Assembly (NCBI GenBank): GCA_963716985.1
Contig: OY970323.1
Span: 1,952,001 to 2,016,000, forward strand
Source: an uncultured bacterium
GTDB taxonomy: Bacteria > Chlamydiota > Chlamydiia > Chlamydiales > SM23-39
Direction of reading: 5' to 3'
DNA length: 64,000 bases
A model generated the notes under the pieces. That model was not told the origin of the DNA. It saw only the letters and a program-made list of their open reading frames with translations, and did not search any database. Below are positions 28,871-38,306 of this stretch, piece after piece. A program made the translations under genes and the position numbers. The first letter of the stretch is position 1; the number at the start of each line of letters is the position of its first letter.

Positions 28871-30271
28871 ATGGAAAAAAAAATTTTTGACCTTGCGGTC
28901 ATCGGAGCCGGGCCCGGCGGGTATGTAGCTGCTATTAGAGGAGCCCAGATGGGACTCAAGGTGGCGCTCATCGAAAAATGTTACGTAGGAGGCACCTGCC
29001 TAAACGTCGGATGCATCCCGACAAAGAGCCTGCTTGCTCATGCAGAGGCTCTCACAAACATTCAAGAGGCCCAAAAATATCATATCCACGTAAGCGGCAT
29101 CTCCTTTGATTACGCACAGATGGTCGCTACAAAAAATCGGGTGGTGTGCGATCTGAGAAAAAGCCTAGAACAGCTCATTCTCTCCAATCAAATCACGATT
29201 TTTCGAGGAGAAGCCAAATTCACATCTCCCAAAGAGCTTAAGATCATCGGTCAGGACAACCTTTTTCTTCATGCGCAAAAAATCATCATTGCCACCGGCT
29301 CGGAGAGCTTTGAAATCTCCTCTTTTCCGTTTGATTGCCATCGCATCCATAACTCTACATCCATTCTCTGCATGACCCATCTGCCTTCTTCTTTGATCAT
29401 CATCGGAGGAGGCTATATTGGATGCGAATTTGCCTCGCTCTTTTCCGGCCTCGGAGTCAAAATCACCATCATCGAAGCGCTTCCTTCCCTTTTAGCTACC
29501 CAAGAACCTCTAATCGCAAACGAGCTGACCAAAATCTTCAGAAAACGGGGCATCGACATCCGCACAAACAGCAAAGTAGATAACATCGAAAAAAACGAAA
29601 ATGGCCTAACCGTCCGTCTTACCGACAAAACGCCCATCGAGGGAGAAATTGCACTGATCTGCGTCGGCAGAAAACCCCATACGGAAAGTCTAGAACTACA
29701 GAATGCCGGCCTTGGAACAACCGATCGCGGAGCGATCGTCGTCAATGAAAAAATGGAAACAAGCGTTCCCGGTATTTACGCGATCGGGGATGTGACGGGC
29801 AAATGGATGCTCGCCCACGTAGCTTCCCATCAAGGGCTCGTTGCCGCAGCCAACGCTGCCGGACAATCAGAGCATATGCACTACCATGCCGTCCCCGCCG
29901 TCGTCTTTACAAATCCCCAAATTGCGACCGTCGGCTTGACGCTCGAACAGGCAAAAAAAGAGAGCCCCTCTGCCGCTTCTTTCGTCTACCCCTTCCAGGC
30001 TCTGGGAAAAGCACAGGCAACGTTAGACACAACGGGATTTGTGCAGATTATATCCGATACAAAAACAGGACAAATTTTCGGCGCGCATATGATCGGACAT
30101 GAAGCCGCTTCTTTGATTGGAGAAATGGCTGTAGCCATCCAGAACGAGCTCACCATCCAATCGATCGTCGACACCATCCACACACACCCCACGCTTACAG
30201 AACTCTGGATGGAAGATGCGATGATCGCAAACCAAACTCCCATCCATTTCCCCCCCAAGAAAAAGCCATGA
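28871..30271 (+). CDS. lpdA: Dihydrolipoamide dehydrogenase
   Basis: GAGPGGYVAA, GGTCLNVGCIPTK, GGGYIGCE, HTHPTLTE. Confidence 0.97.
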   Translation: MEKKIFDLAVIGAGPGGYVAAIRGAQMGLKVALIEKCYVGGTCLNVGCIPTKSLLAHAEALTNIQEAQKYHIHVSGISFDYAQMVATKNRVVCDLRKSLEQLILSNQITIFRGEAKFTSPKELKIIGQDNLFLHAQKIIIATGSESFEISSFPFDCHRIHNSTSILCMTHLPSSLIIIGGGYIGCEFASLFSGLGVKITIIEALPSLLATQEPLIANELTKIFRKRGIDIRTNSKVDNIEKNENGLTVRLTDKTPIEGEIALICVGRKPHTESLELQNAGLGTTDRGAIVVNEKMETSVPGIYAIGDVTGKWMLAHVASHQGLVAAANAAGQSEHMHYHAVPAVVFTNPQIATVGLTLEQAKKESPSAASFVYPFQALGKAQATLDTTGFVQIISDTKTGQIFGAHMIGHEAASLIGEMAVAIQNELTIQSIVDTIHTHPTLTELWMEDAMIANQTPIHFPPKKKP

Positions 30272-31134
30272 ACAAACCCCACATTCCCTCTTGGATGCGC
30301 CGCTCCCTTTCCGATCAAGCAGGCTTAGGCTCGATGCAGCAAAGGCTCAAAGGCCGCTCACTTGAAAGCGTCTGCGAACAGGCTCTTTGCCCCAACCGCG
30401 CGGAGTGCTATGCAAAAAAAAGGACCACCTTTCTTGCTCTCGGAGACATTTGCACCAGATCATGCGCTTTTTGCCATATCGGATCCTCTTCCCGGCCCAA
30501 AACTCCCGACCCCAAGGAGGGAGAAAGGATCGCGTCTTTGGTCGCAGAGCTCAATCTGCGCCACGTAGTGGTCACGATGGTAACGCGCGACGATCTTCCC
30601 GATGGAGGAGCCTCCCACATGGCTGCCATCGTCCGGGAAATTCGAAAGAAAACAACAGCTACGATCGAGGTCTTAAGCTCTGATTTTTCCGGCAACTTGG
30701 CCCATTTGGATCTCTTGCTTCGAGAAGAAATCGACATTTTCAATCATAACCTGGAAACGGTCAAAGAGCTGACGCCCAAAATCCGCCCTTCTGCCCGATA
30801 CGAACGCTCCCTGTCCCTTCTTCGCCATGCCAAACACTCTTCTTTTGCCGGCAAGGTCAAATCGGGCCTGATGGTCGGCCTTGGGGAGACAAAGCAACAG
30901 GTGGTGCAAACTCTCTTCGATCTTCACTCTGTCGGGTGCGATATCGTGACCATCGGGCAATATCTTCAGCCGAGCAAAAAACAGCTAGAAGTTCAAGAAT
31001 TCATCTCTCCCAAAACCTTTCAAGAATATGAAGAGGCAGCAAGATCCCTTGGCATTCCCACCATCTTTGCAGGGCCCTATGTCCGCTCCAGCTACTGCGC
31101 AGAAGAGGTGTTCAAATCGCGTGCAAGCAGTTAA
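30268..31134 (+). CDS. lipA: Lipoyl synthase
   Basis: CEQALCPNRAEC, CTRSCAFC, NHNLETV, VRSSY. Confidence 0.97.
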   Translation: MNKPHIPSWMRRSLSDQAGLGSMQQRLKGRSLESVCEQALCPNRAECYAKKRTTFLALGDICTRSCAFCHIGSSSRPKTPDPKEGERIASLVAELNLRHVVVTMVTRDDLPDGGASHMAAIVREIRKKTTATIEVLSSDFSGNLAHLDLLLREEIDIFNHNLETVKELTPKIRPSARYERSLSLLRHAKHSSFAGKVKSGLMVGLGETKQQVVQTLFDLHSVGCDIVTIGQYLQPSKKQLEVQEFISPKTFQEYEEAARSLGIPTIFAGPYVRSSYCAEEVFKSRASS

Positions 31135-31283
31135 GAAATCGTAGCATTTCAAAAAGCGCCTTCGTTCTACAGAAAGCTCAAGATATTGAGGAGTATTTTT
31201 GTCTATACGTAAAAAAATTTCTTCAAAAAAATTTAAGAACTTAGCAATGAATTGGTTAAGATGTTTTTGCTATTGATCGTGAT

Positions 31284-31436
31284 GGCCTTGTTCACCTTTA
31301 CGGGCAAAATTTCGGTCAAGCGAAAGGCTAAGATGCCGCGATTTTTCGAGGAATCCATAGCTAACGCACAATGGATGATAAGAAAAGCATAGTTGGGACA
31401 GCCGGTCGAAAAGTGCCCGAAAATGTGAACAAGGCC
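31284..31436. mobile_element. GGCC-end MITE, 153 bp, 8-bp TSD ATCGTGAT
   Basis: GGCCTTGTTCAC...GTGAACAAGGCC. Confidence 0.9.
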
Positions 31437-31591
31437 ATCGTGATAAAGTCAGGTTTCAAGTGATCTTCTTTAATCTTAATTAAAATATCCAATCCATTTA
31501 AATCATTTATATTCACTGACATACGCTCGTATATTAAGTCGCCTCCTCTTGGTTATCAATAACTTGTGATTACCAGAAAGAGGACATTTTA

Positions 31592-31856
31592 CTATGGGCG
31601 CAAAATCCAGTTGGATTTGACATATGATGTTAAATTTTAACTTGTTGTAGTAGTCACAATTGTATCATTTATGCGAGACAAAATATGGCTTTTGACCCCG
31701 ATGTAACTCACCTTCATTTGCATAATACGCTGATGTTTAGTTTTTTGTGGTAAAATGCGTTTCGTGATATGCGCCAAATGGTGATACAATTAGAACTCCG
31801 TAACGCATTAAAATTTAATGTTATATACAAAATCCAACGGGATTTTGCGCCCATAG
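31592..31856. mobile_element. MITE, 265 bp, ~27-bp TIR, 8-bp TSD ACATTTTA
   Basis: CTATGGGCGCAAAATCC(A/C)GTTGGATTT at both ends; TSD at 31584-31591 and 31857-31864. Confidence 0.9.
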
Positions 31857-31958
31857 ACATTTTAACTTAACGCTAATAACTTAACGCTAACATTTATCAA
31901 ATTTTTCTAGAAAAAAATTAACCGATCCTCTAAATTTTTTTTCACCTAGGAGGTTTTT

Positions 31959-33068
31959 ATGTCTTTTAAAATACCGGCTGGAGGGTCTTTTGCTTATGGA
32001 ATGCCAGGCGCATTGCCAGTGCCAGCCCAGGCTCCGGTTGCACCGGCTCCGATTGTTGGAGCAATGCCAGCGCCACCTGTAACCATCAAGAGAGATAGTT
32101 GTGCGGAAATAGGAATGGAACTAGCTGAGAGATATAGGCAGGTCATTGAAAATGGCTGGAGAAAAATAAATGCTACTAGTGGCGCTTCTGCATGGGTCGA
32201 TATATGGTATCCCGTGACTTCAGAATTAAACGATCTTTGTTACCAAGGATTAAGGGCCCTTGCTTCAAAGGATTTTGTTCATTCAAGGTGTTTTGATCTT
32301 TTAAAGGGTTTTGATCTTTCAAAGGATATTGATTTTTCAAAGGCTTCAGCAGGATGGATTCATTCACGGCATACAGAATATGAAGCGTTAAGGGATGCTA
32401 TTTATTTTTCTGCAGGTTTTATTTCGGGCGTAGAACTATGTCTTCCTGAAAAAGAAAGGGATCAAATACTCTTGTTTTTAGCAAAACTTCCGTATGCTGA
32501 AGAACTAGCCAACCGGGAGTATTGCGAGGATTACGTAGAGTGCTGCTATCATAAGTTTAACCGTCGTGGCCTTTTGCCCCATGTTCGTGAAGCTGTTGTT
32601 TTAAATGCTATTGCAAATGACCATATCAAACTGTTGCAAGAATGTCATCTCAGTTTATTCGAAAATCCTCAATTTTTCGCATTAGCTTATTTAACTGCAC
32701 TCGAAAAGAAGGGACCGGCCCTTGATATGATAATGACTACACTAGTTCCCGCATCTCATGGCACCCATACACCGTTTTTCATCAAGCCTTGTGAAGATAT
32801 GAAAAATTTTTCACTTTTAGTTGGGGAAACTTTTTCACTTTTAGCTAAGGGAATGAGAAAAAAAATTTCCATTGTAACTGATTATATCCAGCGCGAACCT
32901 TTTGATTTGGATACTGTTATGCTTGTTTGGAAAACTTTATGCCTAGATGACGGATTGGAAAAAGAGACAGTAATCGCAAGCTTGGAAGCAAAAATAGGTT
33001 CTTTGCCTGATGGTGAAGAGAAAGGCAAGTTTGAAGCTTTTCGCAACAAAATAAGAGAAAGTCGTTAA
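31959..33068 (+). CDS. Hypothetical protein with Pro/Ala-rich N-terminus (possible secreted effector)
   Basis: 369-aa ORF with strong AGGAGG RBS; no recognisable domain. Confidence 0.75.
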   Translation: MSFKIPAGGSFAYGMPGALPVPAQAPVAPAPIVGAMPAPPVTIKRDSCAEIGMELAERYRQVIENGWRKINATSGASAWVDIWYPVTSELNDLCYQGLRALASKDFVHSRCFDLLKGFDLSKDIDFSKASAGWIHSRHTEYEALRDAIYFSAGFISGVELCLPEKERDQILLFLAKLPYAEELANREYCEDYVECCYHKFNRRGLLPHVREAVVLNAIANDHIKLLQECHLSLFENPQFFALAYLTALEKKGPALDMIMTTLVPASHGTHTPFFIKPCEDMKNFSLLVGETFSLLAKGMRKKISIVTDYIQREPFDLDTVMLVWKTLCLDDGLEKETVIASLEAKIGSLPDGEEKGKFEAFRNKIRESR

Positions 33069-33084
33069 AAAAAAATTTGCCCAT

Positions 33085-33998
33085 TTGAGTAACTCGACAT
33101 CTATCTGCATCGTAGACACAGAGGGGAAAATTGTCTACGAAACAACCGCGAGTACCGCCCGCATATTTTGGCAGATACAATTGTGAAAACGGGTTTCAAA
33201 ATTGAACTCGTTGGTTTTGAAAGCGGCTCTCTCAGTCATTACTTATTGCAAGGATTTCGAGAACGAGCTTTGAGTGCAGTTTGCATGGATGCAAGAAAAA
33301 TGAGTGCCATTCTTTCTGTTCGTGTAAACAAGACTGACAAGAATGATGCAAGGGGAATCGCAGATGCGCTCAGAACAGGAACGTTTTCTCGAGTACATGA
33401 AAAGCCACAAGAAGCTATCGATAGAGGCGCTATTCTTTCTATGAGGCGATGTTTGGTGAGCCAACGTACTGATATCAAAAATCATATCCGAGGAATTTTG
33501 AAAACATACGGTATCCGTCTTGGTTCTGTTGGCCCTGCAAAATTCACAGAAACAGTAAAGCAATGCATTCAGAAGATAGATCCTTTGGTACAAAAGATAA
33601 TGACAGGGTCACTTGAAATTTTCGATCTGCTCACAAAACAGCTTTTTCAAATAGACCAAGAACTCTTGCAATTGGCCCACGCAGATAATGAAGTAAAGCT
33701 TCTGATGACAGCTCATGGCGTAGGGCCGATTATAGCCCTGACCTATAAAGCTGAGATTCATGATCCACAGCGATTTCCCAATTCTCGTGCTGTCGGTGCA
33801 TATCTTGGGATGACTCCGACACAATATTCTTCCGGAGAAACAAGTAAGCAAGGAAGAATTTCGAGGTGTGGTTCTAGCGAACTTCGATTCTTGCTTGCCG
33901 AAGCTGGGCTCGTGGTTCTGACGAGAAGCAAAAAATGGAGCAAGCTCAAGGCATGGGGACTTAAAATCATGAGAAAAAAAGGTATTAAACCACTATGA
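33085..33998 (+). pseudogene. IS110-family transposase relic (truncated at both ends, frameshifted)
   Basis: STSICIVDTEGKIV (out of frame), VGFESG, KTDKNDARGIA, GVGPIIA, YLGMTPTQYSSG; first catalytic Asp and C-terminal ARKL helix absent. Confidence 0.85.
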
Positions 33999-34135
33999 AC
34001 TGAAGTTCATAGAATTAAAAAATTAATAGAGTAAAAATTTCCTTCGAACCATACGCCTCCTTCCTAAAAAAGCGACATCATTCTCTCTTTTCGACACCCA
34101 TCCTAGCTACCATCAAAGAATCAAAATCATTTGGG

Positions 34136-34259
34136 GGCCATGTTCACTTCTTCGGTCAGTTGTTAATGCGACTGACTTTGTTTTTCAATGATGAGGGCGA
34201 CTTTGCTGACTTGTGCCATCCACTGATCGAAAGTTTTCCCTCTCGAAGTGAACAAGGCC
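34136..34259. mobile_element. GGCC-end MITE, 124 bp, 8-bp TSD CATTTGGG
   Basis: GGCCATGTTCAC...GTGAACAAGGCC. Confidence 0.9.
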
Positions 34260-34528
34260 CATTTGGGATTCTTTGACTGAAGAACAAAAGACACAGAATC
34301 GGCGGCTTAAGCAGAAATTCTCCCTACATTAACTCCGGTTTGATTTTTTCCAGTAAACGAAAGATTGGCTTTTGAAGGAATGTGCTGCATAAGTTTGCGC
34401 GTTGCTGTCAATCCAAATTAGAAATGTCACCCTATTTTCCAAGGGAGAAAACGAAAAGAAAAAATCTTGACAAAAAGAAAAGAAGATTCTAATTTTCTTC
34501 TCGTTTTCAAAAGATCGATAAGGCTTTC

Positions 34529-34936
34529 GTGTTGAATCTGAAAAAAGTGTGCGTCGTTACAGGTTGTGCTGTATTATCATCTCTCGGCGTTGGAATTTTA
34601 GGACTCGGATTTGCTTCCGGCATGGCTACCGCAGGAGCTGTTTCTACGTATGCATCAATTATTTTTGACGCCTGGAATGACGATTCCGCACAAAGAAAGA
34701 AAGATGAAGACTTCCGATCAAGCTTAAAAACCAAAGCTATCGTATCGCTCACATTAGCAGGATGCGCTGCGTCTTTTTCAATTTTAAAAACACATCATTG
34801 TGCACAAAATGCAATCGCTTGCTCCCTGTTACTAAAATGGACGGCGTTTTTCTTTGCCGGATGTTCTCTAGCTTCTCTTTGCGACACGGGATATACAGCT
34901 ATTTCATGTTACTTGTCTACTTCACGCGGGAAATAA
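34529..34936 (+). CDS. Hypothetical membrane protein (paralog of the next gene; start uncertain)
   Basis: Hydrophobic; shares DDSA.RK...SLTLA..AAS..ILKT...QN..A.SL...FFAG with 34941-35537. Confidence 0.65.
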   Translation: MLNLKKVCVVTGCAVLSSLGVGILGLGFASGMATAGAVSTYASIIFDAWNDDSAQRKKDEDFRSSLKTKAIVSLTLAGCAASFSILKTHHCAQNAIACSLLLKWTAFFFAGCSLASLCDTGYTAISCYLSTSRGK

Positions 34937-34940
34937 TCTT

Positions 34941-35537
34941 ATGTCAACCATCTCCAATATTTTTCCAGAAATCTTGGGATCAAAAAGCTCCCATGAAAAC
35001 TTTGATGAGATACAAAAGGTTAAAATTCGCAACACCGCTCTCTTCGTTTCGCTGCTCGCAATCCCGATCATTACAACATCCGTCCCGATACTCATAGCCA
35101 CTTCTCTGTTACTCATGGCATTGGTACTTTCAACCGGTGCCTTTCCCCTGAATTGGAAAAAAATAGCCATTGTCTCCGTGAGTGCCGCATTGGGCGGAGC
35201 AAGCGTAGGGATTTTAGAGGGCGCAGCAGCCGGTTTGCGTATACTAGGGCCTGTGGCTGCAATCGCATCGGTCTATTTTGATATCTTTACTGACGATTCT
35301 GCGCGAAAAAATGCATATAAAGACTACTTCTCGACTTTGACAAGCAGGACAATCATATCCTTGACATTAGCAGTTTACGCTGCAGCTTCTTTCATTTTAA
35401 AAACGCAAAATTTCTCACAAAATGAAACTGCTTATTCCTTGTTCAATGGGTCGACAACTTTCTTTGCAGGCGCTGCCCTAACTTCTCTTGCATGGACAGT
35501 TCATACAGCTATTTTCTCTATTCCTCGAAAAAAATAG
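34941..35537 (+). CDS. Hypothetical membrane protein, Inc-like hydrophobic lobes
   Basis: 198-aa ORF, long hydrophobic stretches, tandem paralog. Confidence 0.7.
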   Translation: MSTISNIFPEILGSKSSHENFDEIQKVKIRNTALFVSLLAIPIITTSVPILIATSLLLMALVLSTGAFPLNWKKIAIVSVSAALGGASVGILEGAAAGLRILGPVAAIASVYFDIFTDDSARKNAYKDYFSTLTSRTIISLTLAVYAAASFILKTQNFSQNETAYSLFNGSTTFFAGAALTSLAWTVHTAIFSIPRKK

Positions 35538-35648
35538 AAGATAAAATCAATTTTTGCTGCAGTGAGAGCTTTTATTTCATTTTTTATTGAAGAGAAAATC
35601 TAAAAACATTACGTTGCGAAAAAGAAGATCAGCATGTAAATAGCCAGA

Positions 35649-36953
35649 ATGTCGGTCGACAAAAGCAACAGACAGATGAATATTGCAAGCATCGTGCTTG
35701 CGGGCGGCAAAGGAACGCGTCTCTTTCCTTTGACGCAAAACCATAGCAAACCTGCCATTCGCTATGGAGGGAAATATCGGCTGATCGATATCCCCATTTC
35801 CAACTCGTTAAATTCCAATATCCGCCAGATCTACGTCATCGGCCAATATCTTACGGCAGAACTCCAACATCATATTGCCCAGACCTACCAGTTTGATTAC
35901 TTTTCTCCGGGATCGATCGACTTTTTAACTCCCGGAGAATATCCGGATGGACAAAAGGTCTGGTTTGAGGGAACGGCCGATGCCATTCGAAAAAATCTCC
36001 ATACAATTTTACGAACTCCCGTCGACTATTTTCTCATACTGTCGGGAGATCAGCTCTACAATATTGACTTTCGCAAAATGCTTGCATTCACCATCGAAAA
36101 AGATGCCGATCTCACCATTGCCACACTCCCGGTCAAAGAGGCGGAAGCCAAGCGGCTCGGCCTTCTTCGGCCCGACGAGAACTGCATGATCAAAGATTTT
36201 TATGAAAAGCCCCAAGAAGCGAATATTCTCTCGAGATTTAGAATATCTCCCTCTTTCTATAAGAAACATGCGCGTCAGATTCCGGAAGAGCCTGAGTATC
36301 TTGCCTCTATGGGCATTTATATTTTCAAAAGAGATACCCTCAAAAGCCTGCTTGAAGAGGATTTAAGGGAAGATTTTGGCAAGCATCTGATCCCGACGCA
36401 AATCCTAAAAGGCAAAACGGCTTCTTTTCTCTATAGCGGATATTGGGAAGACATCGGGACTGTCGACTCTTTTTACCATGCCAATCTGGCCCTCATCGAC
36501 TTTCCCAATAAAGGCCTGCAAACCTATGATGAAGAAAATCCCATTTTTGGAAGCATTCACTATCTGCCGGGGCCAAAAATCTTCAATACCCATGTCGTAA
36601 ACTCGATCATCTCGGAGGGAAGCATCATCCACGCGAGCGAAATCAGCCACTCCGTCATCGGACTCAGGTCCTATATTAAAAAAAACACCATCCTACGCAA
36701 TAGCATTGTGATGGGGAATAATTTTTACATCTCTCCGAACGATCAGACCCACTCCCTTCCCGAGCATTTCGAGATCGGAGAAAACTGTTTGATTGAAAAG
36801 ACCATTATCGATGAACATGTCTTCATAGGAAATGGAGTCAAACTAATCAACAAGAAAAAACTCGAAAAGTATGATGGCCAGGGGTTTTATGTGCGAGATT
36901 CCATCATCGTAGTTACTGCCGGAACCTCCATTCCCGACGGTTTTGAATTTTAA
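35649..36953 (+). CDS. glgC: Glucose-1-phosphate adenylyltransferase
   Basis: LAGGKGTRLFPLT, YRLIDIPISN, WFEGTADA, LSGDQLY, YWEDIGT. Confidence 0.97.
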   Translation: MSVDKSNRQMNIASIVLAGGKGTRLFPLTQNHSKPAIRYGGKYRLIDIPISNSLNSNIRQIYVIGQYLTAELQHHIAQTYQFDYFSPGSIDFLTPGEYPDGQKVWFEGTADAIRKNLHTILRTPVDYFLILSGDQLYNIDFRKMLAFTIEKDADLTIATLPVKEAEAKRLGLLRPDENCMIKDFYEKPQEANILSRFRISPSFYKKHARQIPEEPEYLASMGIYIFKRDTLKSLLEEDLREDFGKHLIPTQILKGKTASFLYSGYWEDIGTVDSFYHANLALIDFPNKGLQTYDEENPIFGSIHYLPGPKIFNTHVVNSIISEGSIIHASEISHSVIGLRSYIKKNTILRNSIVMGNNFYISPNDQTHSLPEHFEIGENCLIEKTIIDEHVFIGNGVKLINKKKLEKYDGQGFYVRDSIIVVTAGTSIPDGFEF

Positions 36954-37699
36954 TGAATATCTGGGCTATATCCGACCTACATCTTGCCTTTTCCATTCCT
37001 CAAAAAACCATGGATATTTTTGGCCCTCACTGGAAAAACCATGCGCAAAAAATCGAAGAGAATTGGAAAAAGGTCGTCTTCGACCAGGATCTCGTTCTCA
37101 TCCCGGGCGATATTTCCTGGGCGATGAACATCGAAGGAGCAAAGAAAGACCTTCTTTGGCTGCATTCTCTTCCCGGGAAAAAACTTCTTCTGAGGGGCAA
37201 TCACGACTATTGGTGGTCTTCCCTAAAAAAGGTCAAAGAGGCGCTTCCCCCTTCCATCCACGTCTTGCAAAACGATAGCTTCCATTGGAATCAAGTCGCC
37301 ATTGGAGGAAGCAGACTTTGGGATACGGATGAATATTCCTTTCACGATCTGATCGAATTTCACCCCAATCCTGTAGCTTCCAAGAAGGAGGAAGTGATTC
37401 AAGAAGAGCTCTCTTCTAAAATTTTTGATCGAGAGCTTCTTCGGTTAGACAGAAGCCTTTCCACTCTCTCGCCCCACTGCTCGATACGCATTGCGATGAC
37501 CCATTATCCTCCGATCGGAAACGAACTTGCACCCTCGAAAGCTTCGCGTATTTTAAAAAAATATGGCATTCAGACTTGTGTCTTCGGCCATCTGCATAGC
37601 CTCAAAAAAGGGCTCTCTCTTTTTGGACAAAAAGATGGGATCAGCTACCGCTTGGTCTCCTCTGATTATCTCAATTTCGAATTGGCAAAAATCATTTAA
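36953..37699 (+). CDS. Metallophosphoesterase (calcineurin-like)
   Basis: DLH, GDISWA, GNHD, HYPP, FGHLH. Confidence 0.93.
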   Translation: MNIWAISDLHLAFSIPQKTMDIFGPHWKNHAQKIEENWKKVVFDQDLVLIPGDISWAMNIEGAKKDLLWLHSLPGKKLLLRGNHDYWWSSLKKVKEALPPSIHVLQNDSFHWNQVAIGGSRLWDTDEYSFHDLIEFHPNPVASKKEEVIQEELSSKIFDRELLRLDRSLSTLSPHCSIRIAMTHYPPIGNELAPSKASRILKKYGIQTCVFGHLHSLKKGLSLFGQKDGISYRLVSSDYLNFELAKII

Positions 37700-37776
37700 A
37701 AAAGAGTGTTTTAGAAAACAATTTTTTCTTCTTTTGTTTTAAAACGACTTTTTTTCTACAATTTTTTCGGATCTTT

Positions 37777-38259
37777 ATGAAAAAAAAAGAAAAAAGAAAT
37801 TTTCTCCTATTCGAAGTTCTCATCGCCCTGCAGCTCGTCTCGTTCGGCGCTCTTTTTGTCCTAGAAACTCCTTTGCGCTATTTCCGCCAAGAGATCAAAA
37901 CGCTGCAAAAGATGGAATATGAGCGGATGGCCGATCTGACCTTTTCGGAAATCAAACAAGCCTTTTACTTCAGCCAAATATCCTGGGAAAATATACCTTT
38001 GAAAAAAAAAGACGCCCTCTTTTCGCTTTGGAAAGATCCTCTCCCCTCTTCCTCCGAACTTCTTGGGAAAGCGCATCGCTACTATCGTATCTATGGAAGT
38101 GAAAAGAGGGGAGGCGATCAAAGCCTCTATCGATTTTTGACCGTCGAGCTCTTTTTGACGCCCCTTGCATCTCCTCCAAAAGATCATGAGAAAAAGAAAA
38201 AAACAACACCCTATTTTACCTACCATCTTTTCGTGCAAAAGAAACCATTGATCTTTTAA
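37777..38259 (+). CDS. Pseudopilin-like protein (type II secretion associated)
   Basis: KKEKRNFLLFEVLIAL class III signal-like N-terminus. Confidence 0.7.
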   Translation: MKKKEKRNFLLFEVLIALQLVSFGALFVLETPLRYFRQEIKTLQKMEYERMADLTFSEIKQAFYFSQISWENIPLKKKDALFSLWKDPLPSSSELLGKAHRYYRIYGSEKRGGDQSLYRFLTVELFLTPLASPPKDHEKKKKTTPYFTYHLFVQKKPLIF

Positions 38260-38306
38260 AGATAGAGAGCTAAATAACAAGAAAAGCTCGATGATTTTTA
38301 TCTGCA

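Noticed and set aside
33069..34130. IS110 bridge RNA
   Set aside because: Both element ends are lost, so no non-coding end can be assigned.
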